DNA from: Mycoplasmoides pneumoniae FH | GTDB lineage: Bacteria > Bacillota_I > Bacilli_A > Mycoplasmatales > Mycoplasmoidaceae | Reading direction: 5' to 3' | NCBI RefSeq assembly: GCF_001272835.1 | Contig: NZ_CP010546.1 | Location: 452,809 to 484,808, forward strand | Length of the DNA stretch: 32,000 bases | Shown here: in pieces, positions 1 to 10,927 of the stretch | Layout: every line of letters begins with the position of its first letter | Position numbering within the stretch: position 1 is the stretch's first letter | Position numbers and translations under genes: made by a program | Notes under the pieces: generated by a model | The model's database searches: none | What the model was told of the DNA's origin: nothing | Seen by the model: the letters and a program-made list of their open reading frames with translations, nothing else

Positions 1-1761
1 CTCCACTTTGCTGGTTACTTTTTAGTGGTGAGCGACTTAGTTCAGTTTGCCCATAATAACGATATCCTCATCGGTCCTGGTCGAGGATCTGCAGTGGGTT
101 CTTTAGTGGCCTTTCTGCTCAAAATTACCCAAATTGATCCAGTAGCCAACAATCTCATTTTTGAGCGCTTTATTTCCCGTCACCGCCAGGGCTTACCTGA
201 CATTGACATTGACATTATGGAAACTAAACGTGATTTAGTAATTGACTATGTCATGCAAAAATATGGCCGGGAACAGTGTGCACAAATAGTTACTTTCCAA
301 AAATTTAAGACCCGCTCTGCGCTGCGTGATGTCGGTAAGGTATTTAAACACATTGAGGGTGCTGAAGATTTACTGGGTAAACTACCAAAAGACAAAAGCT
401 TATTGGAGCTTGATGTAAACGGTGTTACTGATCCGGTTTTACAACTTAGTTTAAAGAGCTTTCGCTTGTTGTGGGAGGTGGCGCGTGAAATTATTAACTT
501 TCCGCGCCAACCAAGCATTCACGCTTCTGGTGTTGTGATTGTCACTGAACCTTTAATTACCACGATCCCTTTAATGGTGGGTAATAACAACAACTACGTC
601 ACCCAAGTGTCGATGGACTGGTTAGAATGGTACAACCTCAATAAGTTTGACTTATTGGGTTTAATTAACCTCACCATGATCCATGAGGTTGTGCAAGCGG
701 TAAAACCCAAGGAAGTTAGCGTACAGCAATTCCTCCAACAAATACCGCTAGATGATGAAGCTACTTTTACTAACCTCACTAACCAAGCCACTTTAGGTGT
801 TTTTCAACTAGAGTCGTTTGGGATGAAAAAGGTGCTCAAACAAATTAAACCGCACAACCTCCATGATTTAGCAATTGTTTTAGCACTTTACCGCCCCGGT
901 CCACAGGACAACATTAATACCTTTATTGCTAACCGTAACTTAGGGTTTGACACATCAGACATCGATCCGCGAATTTTGCCAATTCTCAAAGAAACTTACG
1001 GAGTGTTAATCTTTCAAGAACAGGTTATTAACATCGCCAAAACTGTTGCTAACTATTCATTGGAAACCGCTGATAGCTTTCGCCGTGCCATTTCCAAAAA
1101 AAACTTGCAAGTAATTCAGGACAACATGCGCAGCTTTTATGAAGGCGCGCTAGCCAATAACTTTAGCTTAAAAGCAGCGACTACTATCTTTAATTACATC
1201 CAGCGCTTTGCTGGATATGGTTTTAACTTGTCCCACGCCTTGGGCTATGCTTTATTGAGTTACTGAACAGCATGATTGAAGACACATTACTTTGAGCAAT
1301 TTAACCTGTGGTGATTAAACCACGAACAGGGCAAAAAGGAAAAGCAAAAACAGCTCTTAAACGAGTTTATTAGCAGTGGTTATGAAATTTGCCCACCACT
1401 AATCAATAAGGCTAAAAGTGATTTTAGTGTTCAAGATAAAAAGCTGTATTTAGGCTTTAAGTTAATCAATGGTATTGGTGACAAGCAAGCCCATGCCTTG
1501 GAACATGTTCAGGAAGTTTTAAAGCAAAACCCCAATTTATCCTTAATAGCTACCGTTAATTTGTGTTTGAGCAAAACGGTAGGGGGTTTAGAACTTAAAG
1601 ACATTACATTGCTCCAACAAGCAGGTTGTTTTAATTGCTTTAATTACACGGTTGACTTTAATTTGGCCAAAAGCTTTTGGGTGCAAAGTAACCATGAATT
1701 ATTTCCAAAAATACCACTAGATCAACCACCCGTAATTAACTGAAAGAGCTTTGGTTTTTAA
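1..1761 (+). CDS. dnaE: DNA polymerase III alpha subunit, DnaE-type (3' portion, 5' end outside window)
   Basis: Frame +1 is open from base 1 (LHFAGYFLVVSDLVQFAHNNDILIGPGRGSAVGSLVAF...). It joins track ORFs 25..1266 and 1498..1743 through in-frame TGA=Trp codons and stops at TAA 1759-1761. PGRGSAVGSLVAF, RQGLPDIDIDI and FRRAISKK are typical of C-family polymerase alpha subunits. Confidence 0.95.
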
Positions 1762-1764
1762 TTT

Positions 1765-2640
1765 ATGAAAAATGCAATTTTAATTGATGGTAACTCACTA
1801 GCCTACCGTGCTTACTTCGCTACTTGACAACAGGTGGAGTTTGCCAAACTACACAACTTACCCTTTAACAATGCGATTCGCACAATGTTAATGATGTGCT
1901 GAAACTTACTGCAGTCAAAACAGTATGACTATGGTGTTATTAGCTTTGATACTAAAGCGCCCACTTTTCGTGATCAACTTTACAGTGAATACAAAAGTAA
2001 GCGCAGTAAAACACCGAGTGAACTGTTAGTCCAAATTCCTGTTGTTAAAGAATCACTGCGTCATTTAGGTTTTTTAGTGTGTGAACAAGACGGGTTTGAG
2101 GCAGATGATCTAATTGGTAGTTATGCGAGGTTAATGACACAAAACAATGTGGCAGTAGACATCTACAGCTCTGACCGTGATTTACTACAGTTAGTCGATA
2201 GTATGACTAGTGTTTGGCTTTGTGTAAAGGGCACAAAAGAGATGAAGGAATATAACACTGACAACTTTGCTGAGCAGTTTTTTGGCTTAACACCAAAACA
2301 AGTGATTGAATATAAAGGTTTGGTAGGGGATAACAGTGATAACCTCACTGGCATTAAGGGAATTGGTCCGAAAAAAGGGATTGATCTACTCAAACAATAC
2401 GGTACCATTGACAATATTTTTGCTAACTTTGACAAGCTATCCAAAGCATTGCAAACGATTCTCCAAGGCCAAATTGACACTGCTAAGAAATTCAGCTTTT
2501 TAGCGAGCATTAAAACAGATATTAAACTTAATGACGATATTGTCCACGCTGCTTTAAAACCAATCGATAAACAAGCTTTATTAGAGCTTTTAGATAAATA
2601 TGGCATTAAAGCACTAGCGCAAAAATTTAGTCAACTGTAA
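1765..2640 (+). CDS. Stand-alone 5'-3' exonuclease (PolA N-terminal-like FEN domain), 291 aa
   Basis: ATG 1765: MKNAILIDGNSLAYRAYFATWQQVEF... with TGA=Trp, then CEQDGFEADDLIGSYA and LVGDNSDNLTGIKGIGPKKG (helix-hairpin-helix), TAA 2638-2640. There is no polymerase domain. Confidence 0.93.
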
Positions 2641-3473
2641 TGCCTGAACTACCTGAAGTTGCCACTGTAATTACCGAACTTAAGAGCTGTGTTTTAAACA
2701 AACCTGTCAAGCAAGTTAAGGTGCACTTAGACAAGGTGTTGAAAAATACTAATGTCAAGCAGCTTAACGATGCGTTAGTCAACCACAGCTTTGTGGACAT
2801 TAAGCGCCGCGGCAAGTACATTATTTTTTGTTTAAGTAACGGTTTGTTTTTAGTGTCACACTTACGCATGGAAGGCAAATATTTCTTTGAAGCTAAAGGC
2901 AGTCAGTTTGACTTAAACCATGTTTTAGTCGAGTTTTTATTCCAAGATGGTGATCAACTTAACTATCATGATACGCGTCAATTTGGTACCTTTCACTTGT
3001 TCAATAGATATCAGTTTGAAAACGCACGTGAATTGAACAAATTAGCACTCGATCCCTTAGATCAGGAATTTAACCATCAAGCGATCTTTAACAAAGGCCA
3101 TAAGTCCAACAAGAAGATTAAAACCTTTATTTTAGATCAGACCAACATTAGCGGTATTGGCAATATTTACGCTGATGAAATTTTGTTTGCAAGTAAGATT
3201 CACCCTGAAACTTTAGCTAAAAATTTGAACTTATCGCAGTATCAGCTAATTTGTCAAAATGCAACTGATATTTTAAAGAAAGCAGTTGAAATGAAGGGTA
3301 CTACCATTGGCACTTTTACCTTTAAAAAAGATCATACCGGTGGTTACCAACACTTCTTGAAAATTCATGGCAAAAAGGGGAAGCAATGTCAAAGCTGTAA
3401 CACCACTATTATTAAGAAAAAGATTAATGGTCGGGGCAGCTATATTTGTGAAAAGTGTCAAATACAGCGTTAA
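2640..3473 (+). CDS. fpg: Formamidopyrimidine-DNA glycosylase, 277 aa
   Basis: N-terminal MPELPEVATV catalytic motif and C-terminal zinc finger CQSCNTTIIKKKINGRGSYICEKCQ. It overlaps the upstream stop by one base (TAATG). Confidence 0.97.
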   Translation: MPELPEVATVITELKSCVLNKPVKQVKVHLDKVLKNTNVKQLNDALVNHSFVDIKRRGKYIIFCLSNGLFLVSHLRMEGKYFFEAKGSQFDLNHVLVEFLFQDGDQLNYHDTRQFGTFHLFNRYQFENARELNKLALDPLDQEFNHQAIFNKGHKSNKKIKTFILDQTNISGIGNIYADEILFASKIHPETLAKNLNLSQYQLICQNATDILKKAVEMKGTTIGTFTFKKDHTGGYQHFLKIHGKKGKQCQSCNTTIIKKKINGRGSYICEKCQIQR

Positions 3474-3514
3474 TGGTTAACTGTTCCAGTTAATGCCAGA
3501 ATTATGGCTTTATA

Positions 3515-3551
3515 AAAAAGAGCTTAAATATCTTAAACTTAAGCTCTTTTT
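3515..3551. terminator. Bidirectional intrinsic terminator-like hairpin downstream of fpg
   Basis: Perfect 13-bp inverted repeat AAAAAGAGCTTAA (3515-3527) / TTAAGCTCTTTTT (3539-3551), 11-nt loop, ending in a T-run. Confidence 0.75.
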
Positions 3552-3618
3552 GATCACTTAAATTAACCATAAAGATTGTTTTTAATCCTTAGATTAATCC
3601 ACGCTTGTTAGAAAAAAT

Positions 3619-4497
3619 ATGAAAAACAAAATTAAATACGTTTACTCCGACCTGGATGGCACGATTGTGAGCTGAAATCCTAAAAACCAGTTTACCCATC
3701 AGGGCAAAACTTACAAAAATCTCCATGAAGTTAGTCACGCTACCGTAACTGCTTTTAAACAATTACAAGCTCAAGGTATCAAAATTGGAATTGTGACTGG
3801 CCGTGATTACTGTCGCGTTCGTTGGTTAGAAAAGTACCTAAACACTGATCTACCAACAATTACCCTCGATGGCGCCATTATTTACTTCCGCGATGAAATT
3901 ATTCGGCAAGAAGTGCTTGATAAGGAATTTATCCATGGCATTAACCAGATTGTCAAACGTTACCCTACAGCAGCCTTTAAGCTCAACATGGGTTGAGGTA
4001 ACTATTACACCTGCAATCCTTCTTTAATCTTTGAAGGTGACCATGCTTACCGTGAGCACTTTAATGCTGACAGTAAGTTTTATCGCAAAGAGATCGACAA
4101 CACGGTTGATTGAGATATAAATAACATGAAAGTAAATCAGGTTTACTTTGACACATTTACTTGCCCTGAACCAATGATCCAAGAGCTCGATAACTTAGTT
4201 GAAAAAAGTGATGTAACCGCCAAAAGCTACCGCCATTCACTTTACATTATTAAAAAAGGGGTATCGAAGGCTAGTGCACTACAAAACCTCCAACGAGACT
4301 TTTTAGTGGAAATGAAGCCTGCTAACACGATTGTCTTTGGTGATGGGGATAATGACATTGAAATGATGCAGTGAGCTGATCACAGTGTGTCGTTAACTGG
4401 TAGTGATCCCGAGTGTTATAAGTTAGCTAAGTACCACACCGACAGCGTTGACGATGATGGGATTGCCAAATGGATTAATAAAAATCTGTTATGTTAA
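3619..4497 (+). CDS. HAD-superfamily (Cof-like) hydrolase, 292 aa
   Basis: ATG 3619 MKNKIKYVYSDLDGTIVSW...; later VFGDGDNDIEMMQWADHSV...; joins ORFs 3793..3996 and 4126..4374 through TGA=Trp; TAA 4495-4497. Confidence 0.9.
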
Positions 4498-5093
4498 TCG
4501 CTGTTGTAGGCAAAGCTGGAGTTGGTAAAACCACCGTTTTGCAATACATCGCTGACTATTTTCATTTTCCCGTTTTTTTTGCTGATCGGTTTATCCATCA
4601 ACAATACGCAAATGGTCAAGCTGGTTATGCAATTGTAAAACAGCAATTTGGTGCTCAGTTTGTCAATCATGAAGCAGTTGATCGCAAACAGTTAGCACAA
4701 TACGTTTTTAATCAACCTGATGAGTTAAAGCGTTTGTCCAACTTAACCAAACCCCTAGTACAAGAGTGACTCAATCAATTAAAAGCGCAATTCCAAGACA
4801 AAATTGCACTTGTGGAAATTGCGGTGATGCTCAATTACTGAAACGATTACCGCCCTTTCTTTGATGAAGTAATCCAAATTGAACGTGATGCTAAGATAGT
4901 AAAACAAGCACTAAAAGCACGTGGCGTTGATGTAGAGCAGGTGCAAAAGTTAATTGCTGATCCGACTTACCCAATTCTTACAGTAATCAATAACAGCACT
5001 GTAGCTGAGTGTGCTTTACACGTTACTCAATTTTTAGAAAGCATTGCAAAAAGTGATAAATGCCATCATGGTCATTATCAAACTCCGAAATAA
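4491..5093 (+). CDS. coaE: Dephospho-CoA kinase, 200 aa
   Basis: MLIAVVGKAGVGKTTVLQYIADYF P-loop; continues past TGA codons (VQEWLNQLKAQFQDKIALVEIAVMLNYWNDYRPFFDEVIQIE...) to TAA 5091-5093; overlaps the upstream gene by 7 nt. Confidence 0.82.
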
Positions 5094-5871
5094 AGGTCGC
5101 GTTTTGTTTTGCTAAATCACTACCGTTAGCCATTGCGACAGAGTACTTGACAGCATTAAAAATTTCCACATCATTGTCCCCATCGCCAAAGACCATGGTC
5201 ATTTGGGGATCTAAACCGGTTTGCTGTTCTAATGCTTTGAGACCGTATGCCTTATTGACATCTTTGTGCATAATGTCAAGCGCAAAGGTCATAGAACTGA
5301 CATAGCTAATGTTTTCAATCGCATCGAGATGTTTGGTTATTTTACTAATGCGACCCCTGTCTTCAGTGATTAAAAGAATCTTGGTAATGTTTTGTGTGGC
5401 AAAATCAAACTTGCTAGCATCAGTTAACGGATTAATGGTAAAGTTATTTTGTGTAATGTCAGGTTCTACAATTTTGCTTTGAGTAGTGCGTAACCGTTTG
5501 CAAGGTATACCGGGTTTTTCAAAACCAAACACCTTTTTATCAGTGTAAATGCAAAAGCTTTCTTCCAATTGCAACAGTAAACGCATAATGGGTACCACAC
5601 TTTGGGGTGCTAACTGGGTCATATGCAGCGCTTTTTCCCGAGCAAAGTCATAAATTAAAGCACCGTTAGAGGAAATAACCGGTAGATCAGGTTGAATAAA
5701 CTGAGTGGTATTGCGGATTAAGATATGACTGCGCCCAGTCGCAAAGGTAATTTTAAACCCCTGCTTTTGCAACTCTTTGAGAAAAGTAACAGTTTGTGGT
5801 AGTGGTTCATGACCCCAAGACAATAAAGTACCATCGAGGTCAAAAATTAAGTTTTGTACTTTTGGTTTCAT
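5023..5871 (-). CDS. HAD-superfamily (Cof-like) hydrolase, 282 aa
   Basis: Uninterrupted ORF with NLIFDLDGTLL and MTMVFGDGDNDVEIF motifs. Confidence 0.92.
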   Translation of the reverse strand: MKPKVQNLIFDLDGTLLSWGHEPLPQTVTFLKELQKQGFKITFATGRSHILIRNTTQFIQPDLPVISSNGALIYDFAREKALHMTQLAPQSVVPIMRLLLQLEESFCIYTDKKVFGFEKPGIPCKRLRTTQSKIVEPDITQNNFTINPLTDASKFDFATQNITKILLITEDRGRISKITKHLDAIENISYVSSMTFALDIMHKDVNKAYGLKALEQQTGLDPQMTMVFGDGDNDVEIFNAVKYSVAMANGSDLAKQNATFISEFDNDHDGIYHFLQCFLKIE

Positions 5872-5873
5872 AG

Positions 5874-8255
5874 CTATTCGGATTTTAAAAGAACATTAAT
5901 AATACGATTAGGGACAAAAACAACACGCGCTAAGGGTTGGTCGAACAACGCTTGGAATTCCGGATCTGTCTTAAAGGCTTTTAAGACAGTCTGTTCATCA
6001 ACCCCTTTAGCAAATTCCTTGGTACCTTTGAAGCGACCGTTGACCGAAAGAATAATTTTAACCTTATCGGTTTCAAGTACGCTGTTATCAACATTTGGTA
6101 GTTGAGCATGAACAATAAACGGCTCCATCCCTAGTTTAGCGTTTAATTCTTCCGCTAAATAAGGTGCAAAAAACGATAACACCGTCAAAAAGCCCTTTGC
6201 ATAAGCCAGGGTTAATTGTTTTGTTTTGTAAAGCAGGTTTAAAAAGATCATCATTTGGCTAATTACCAAATTGAGTTCTTGTTTCTCTAAGTGCTCGTAA
6301 CTACGCTTTAAAAAGAGGTTATAACCATAAACAGTTTCTTGATCTACCGTTTCTTTAATAATGTTTTCCTTGTGAAAGAAATTGTGCACCCGATCAAGTC
6401 AACGCCGCATTCCGTTTAACCCATCATCCAATCAGGTCAACGCCGCGCTAATCGGCCCCATAAACATCAAGTAAAGTCGCAAGGCATCAGCACCATGAGA
6501 ATCAATTAGTGGCGTAGGGTTGATTGTGTTGCCCTTGGATTTGGACATCTTTTTGCCATCTGGTCCCAATACCATGCCCTGGTTAATTAACTTTTTAAAG
6601 GGCTCTTTAGTGGTGACTATTCCCTTTTGGTACAAGAATTGGTGCCAAAAGCGCGCGTACAAGAGGTGCAACACGGCATGTTCGGCACCACCCACATACA
6701 GATCCACTGGTAGGTAACGCTCAAAAAGATCTTTCGCTTCCTTGGAGTCAATTGGCCAAAAGTTTTCGTTATTAATTAACATCAAATAACCCAAGTAATA
6801 CCAACAAGAACCAGCCCACTGGGGCATAGTGCTCGTTTCCCGAGTAAAAGTTTGATTACCTTGTTTCACCTTAGCCCACTCCTGGTTTCGTCACAATGGT
6901 GGGTTAGTCGAACCATCAGGTTGATAGTTAGCCAAAGCTGGTAGGGTAACGGGGAGCTCTTTAACTAAATGGGGTTGGTTGTTTTCGTCAAACAAAATCG
7001 GAAAAGGTTCACCCCAGTAACGTTGACGGCTAAAAATCCAGTCACGGAGTTTGTACACCGTTGTTTTTTTAGCTTTTTGACGCTCGACTAACATTTGCGT
7101 AATTTGGGTGTTAGCAGTTTGGGAGTTGAGCCCGCTAAACTGCCCGGAGTGTTGCAAGCGTTCCTGTTTATCAATGACGGTAATAATCGGTAGCTTTTGC
7201 TTCCGCGCGAAGAAGTTATCGTTTTCGTTATGCGCTGGCACACCCATCACAGCATCCGTACCATAACCTTCCACTACATAGTTAGCTACATACAACGGAA
7301 TGGCAGTATTAGTTGCTGGATTAATTGCTTTAAGTTTTAAATCAACCCCGTCATGGAGCGTCTCAGGTTGCTTTACAGTGGTGGTTTTCTGTGCTTGTTT
7401 TTGGAGAAACTGTGCTATCTTGGGGTTGGTTTTAGCTACCTCTTTTACTAAGGGATGGCTAGTGGAAAGCGCTAAAAAGGTTACACCAAAAATAGTTTGC
7501 ACCTTAGTGGTAAAAATGGTAATCGTTTCCTTGGAGTTTTCTATGTCAAACGTTACCTCTACCCCTTCACTTTTACCAATCCAGTTGGTTTGCATTTCCT
7601 TAATAGATTGATGTCAATCCAGCTCAGCCAAACCATTGAGTAAACTTTCAGCAAAAGCAGTTATTTTCAACACCCATTGCTTCATTTTTCGCTTGGTTAC
7701 CGGGAACTCGCCACGCTCACTCACCGCATTACCATTACTGTCAATCAACACCTCTTCGTTGGCTAAAACGGTGCCCAATTCAGCACACCAGTTGACATCA
7801 ATCTCCTTCACTTCAGCCAAACCGGCTTCAAATAACTGACCAAAGATCCACTGTGTGTACTGGTAATAGCGTGGATCAGTTGTCTTTAAAGACAGCTGGT
7901 AGTCATAATCAAAGCCAAAGGCCGTTAACTGCTCAATGAAATTAGTAATGTTTTTGTCAGTTCAGTCACCAGGATGCTTATTGGAGGCAATCGCGTATTG
8001 TTCTGCTGGTAACCCAAAAGCATCAAAGCCAATCGGGTGAATCACATTAAAACCCTTCGCTTTATGATAACGACTCAAAACATCGGTAATGGTGTAAGCG
8101 CGCACATGTCCCAGGTGTAAACCAGCCGCTGAAGGATAAGGGAACATGTCCAAGATATAGTATTTGGGCTTAGTTTTATCATCAAAAAAACGGTTAACTT
8201 GCTTCGTTTTTCACAATTGCAACCATTTCTCTTCCAGTAAGTTGTGGTTATACAT
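5874..8255 (-). CDS. leuS: Leucyl-tRNA synthetase, 793 aa
   Basis: Joins five ORF fragments through TGA=Trp. [26 protein letters not shown] (HIGH region), [39 protein letters not shown] at 8253-8255, TAG at 5874-5876. Confidence 0.96.
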
Positions 8256-8600
8256 CTAGTTTTTTTTGAACGAGCGCTTAATTAAATACTTAATTAAATG
8301 GTAGAACAGGTCAGCTATAATGGCTACAGCAATCCCAAAAAGTAAACCAAAACCAACTGGAATAAAGAAGTGCACCAGGGTTTGGAACAGTTTTTGCTGT
8401 TGCTCTACAGTGCCTTTAAATCATTGATTAATATTGGGAATAATTTGCACAATTAGCCCACTAGCATCCTTTTCAGCTAGTAAATTAGCCCACTCCTTAG
8501 TATTGTAGGTATTGAGCCAAAAAGAGCCAATAAAAATAATAAAACCAACCGCGACAAAGAAGAGGAAAATCGCTAGTTTAATGAGCCGTTTAAGCAGCAT
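8256..8600 (-). CDS. Small membrane protein, 114 aa, unknown function (MG267/MPN385-like)
   Basis: Read directly with TGA=Trp: MLLKRLIKLAIFLFFVAVGFIIFIGSFWLNTYNTKEWANLLAEKD...LVHFFIPVGFGLLFGIAVAIIADLFYHLIKYLIKRSFKKN*. Two predicted TM segments. Absent from the ORF track because an internal TGA splits it; it abuts leuS. Confidence 0.8.
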
Positions 8601-8634
8601 GGTAAGTGGAAATTAAGCTAATTAAATTATAAAG

Positions 8635-9324
8635 CTAGATAATTTCCCAGTCTAAGTTTTTTGACTTTAATACCTCTAGTACTTGTTTGGTGATGGATTC
8701 TACTGATTGGTTAGCGTTTACTATGCAATGGCTAATACCAAAGTCATAACAAACGTTTTTAATAAATTCACCATAAATCTTGTACAGGTTCTTAAAGTAG
8801 TCCTTATTTTTGGCAAAGTTATCAATTTCTACTTTACGGTTACGTTGAAACAATCTTTGTTCAAACAACTCCCAATCACCTTCTAAGATAACGTACAAAG
8901 CGGGAATACCATGTTTAAAGATTAGTTCTTTAACAATCCCATTCCACAAGTGGTTATAGTAAGTAAAGATGGAAGGACGGTGGATGTTTTGCTTGGCGAA
9001 CAATCAATCTTCAAAGATCGAGCGGTCAAAGATAGTTGGTGTTTTATTGTTACATTCCTTGCGGTATTTATTAAAGCGGTTTAAGGTAAAGTACAGTTGA
9101 AATAAAGGGGCGTAGAGCAACTCGTCGTTACGCTCATACATTTTGGCTAACAATAAATCAGCTAGCTGGTCTTGTTCTTCCAGTTCGTAAATCACCTTAG
9201 AACCCTTTAAGTGTTTAGCTAAACTTTCAGCTATCGTCGTTTTACCAAAAGCAATCATGCCACCAACCACAACGGCGTTAGCAATCTTAGCTGGTTGAAA
9301 TTTGGGTTTTAAGGGAGTCTTCAT
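8635..9324 (-). CDS. Deoxynucleoside kinase family (deoxyadenosine/deoxyguanosine kinase-like), 229 aa
   Basis: MKTPLKPKFQPAKIANAVVVGGMIAFGKTTIAESLAKHL... P-loop; FDRSIFEDWLFAKQNIHRPS (DRS motif); YVILEGDWELFEQRLFQRNR. Joins ORFs 9004..9363 and 8635..9003. Confidence 0.85.
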
Positions 9325-9471
9325 AATACTTAGAACGTGGTTACAGTGCAAAGTATTATGCAATAAAAAACCATCACACTCATTAAATAGTCTTAATGCT
9401 GCTCCATTTCTGGCCTGACATGATTCGACCGTAATGATGTGACGGCTCTAAATTCTAACACTTAACTGCTT

Positions 9472-10548
9472 TTAATCAATTAATTTGCTTACGCGCTTAA
9501 TCGAATTACGCTTCGGCTGGGTCGCGCCGCGAGGTAGATCTTTATTGGTTGTTGGTGGAGTTTCTTCCACTTCCATGTCATCATCCATATCATCGAGTGT
9601 ATAGCTAATAACTTGGGTTTGCGGGATAACAGCCTCTTGAGGACGGTGGAATTGCTGTGAAGTGTCAGCTAGGCTAACGGTATGGGTCTGACCATTAACT
9701 TGCGCGTTAGTAATTTCACCTAACTTTTGTTCCAAGCGGTTTTTGAGTTTGTTGTACTGCTTGACCAAATCGTTGTTAGCGCGCTGAAAGTCACGCTTTT
9801 CACTGGTAAGTGAATTGTTAATTTCCTGAATCCGGGCTAAATCGACTTGCAAGTCACTCACCATCTTTTCGTACTTTTGGTTTTTAAACAACACTAGTTT
9901 GTGCTGCTTTTGCAACGCCTCATTTTCATCAACCGCACTTTGCAAGTAAGTTTGCAGTTGGGTAATCTCACTGTTCTTTTCGTTTAACTTACTTGTAAAG
10001 ATGGCCTGGATTTCCTCATCACGCCTGTGAATGGCATCAGTACACTGCTGCTCGTACTCCTTCAACGCTTCTTCCAGGGTTTTGTTGTAGTGTTCCTCAA
10101 GCTTGTGGTTGTACTCCTTGGCTTCATTGAGCTGCTTTTGATACACCTCTAGTTGCCGTTCCTTTTCTTTAAATAGCTGCTGCATCTGGATAATTTCCTC
10201 ATCACGTTGACCTAACTGGATTAACAGCTCACTGTTTTGTTGGCTCTGGCGTTTAATTTCCCCTTCATACCGTACTTTGAGCTGTTCTTGCAACACCAAG
10301 ATCTTCTTTAAGCGATCCTTCTCTGATTGCTTTTCGGGGAGAAATTTCTGTGCTAAATACAGCAATGTTTGGTTCCAGTCAAGGTGTGCAGGGTTGGTTT
10401 GGCGTAACTGCACATAAGCCTGACGCGCTTGCTCTAGGAAGTCCTGGAGCTGTTTTTGACTCGCTAGTGGAAACTTTGAAAGAAAGAAGTTAATTGTCTC
10501 TCTTCTTTGAAAGTCATCAAAATCACGGTAATACTCAAAGTTAGTCAT
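9472..10548 (-). CDS. Coiled-coil protein, 358 aa, matching the MPN387-type gliding-associated cytoskeletal protein
   Basis: Uninterrupted ORF; long central Gln/Glu/Lys-rich heptad region (QEQLKVRYEGEIKRQSQQ...NEYNKLKNRLEQKLG-type repeats) and a basic C-terminus. Identification rests on length (358 aa) and position between lplA/MPN388 and the kinase gene. Confidence 0.82.
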   Translation of the reverse strand: MTNFEYYRDFDDFQRRETINFFLSKFPLASQKQLQDFLEQARQAYVQLRQTNPAHLDWNQTLLYLAQKFLPEKQSEKDRLKKILVLQEQLKVRYEGEIKRQSQQNSELLIQLGQRDEEIIQMQQLFKEKERQLEVYQKQLNEAKEYNHKLEEHYNKTLEEALKEYEQQCTDAIHRRDEEIQAIFTSKLNEKNSEITQLQTYLQSAVDENEALQKQHKLVLFKNQKYEKMVSDLQVDLARIQEINNSLTSEKRDFQRANNDLVKQYNKLKNRLEQKLGEITNAQVNGQTHTVSLADTSQQFHRPQEAVIPQTQVISYTLDDMDDDMEVEETPPTTNKDLPRGATQPKRNSIKRVSKLID

Positions 10549-10927
10549 TTAAGGCCTTTTCACGGAAAAAGATAATTACAGCATCAGGATTAGTAAAGTC
10601 CAAGTCACAGTGGTACTTGACATACTGCCCAACACTGTTAAAGATTGCTAACACAAAACTAGTAAACAAAAAGAAGGGGATTTTGCTCGAATAACACGCA
10701 TAAAAGTGCTTAATCTTAGCACGCATAGTACTTTTAAAAGTTTCTACATCGCTAAAATCACGCGGATTGAGCAAATAATCCTTGACATCACTAACCCGTT
10801 CCACCACCCAGTCATACGGAAACTGGTTAGGGTCAAAGTCGTGTTGGATGCGTTGAAAGTCAGCTGCGTCAATTTGGTCTAAAGTTTCAATAAAACCGTT
10901 AATGTATTTCTCAAAGAAGTTACTCAT
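10541..10927 (-). CDS. Hypothetical protein, 128 aa (MPN388-like)
   Basis: ATG 10927 MSNFFEKYINGFIETLDQIDAADFQ...; overlaps the downstream coiled-coil gene and the upstream lplA by 8 nt each (compact operon). Confidence 0.78.
   Translation of the reverse strand: MSNFFEKYINGFIETLDQIDAADFQRIQHDFDPNQFPYDWVVERVSDVKDYLLNPRDFSDVETFKSTMRAKIKHFYACYSSKIPFFLFTSFVLAIFNSVGQYVKYHCDLDFTNPDAVIIFFREKALND

Noticed and set aside
2163-2606. 147-aa minus-strand ORF antisense to the exonuclease gene
   Set aside because: Ser/Leu-rich shadow ORF of a well-supported FEN domain gene.
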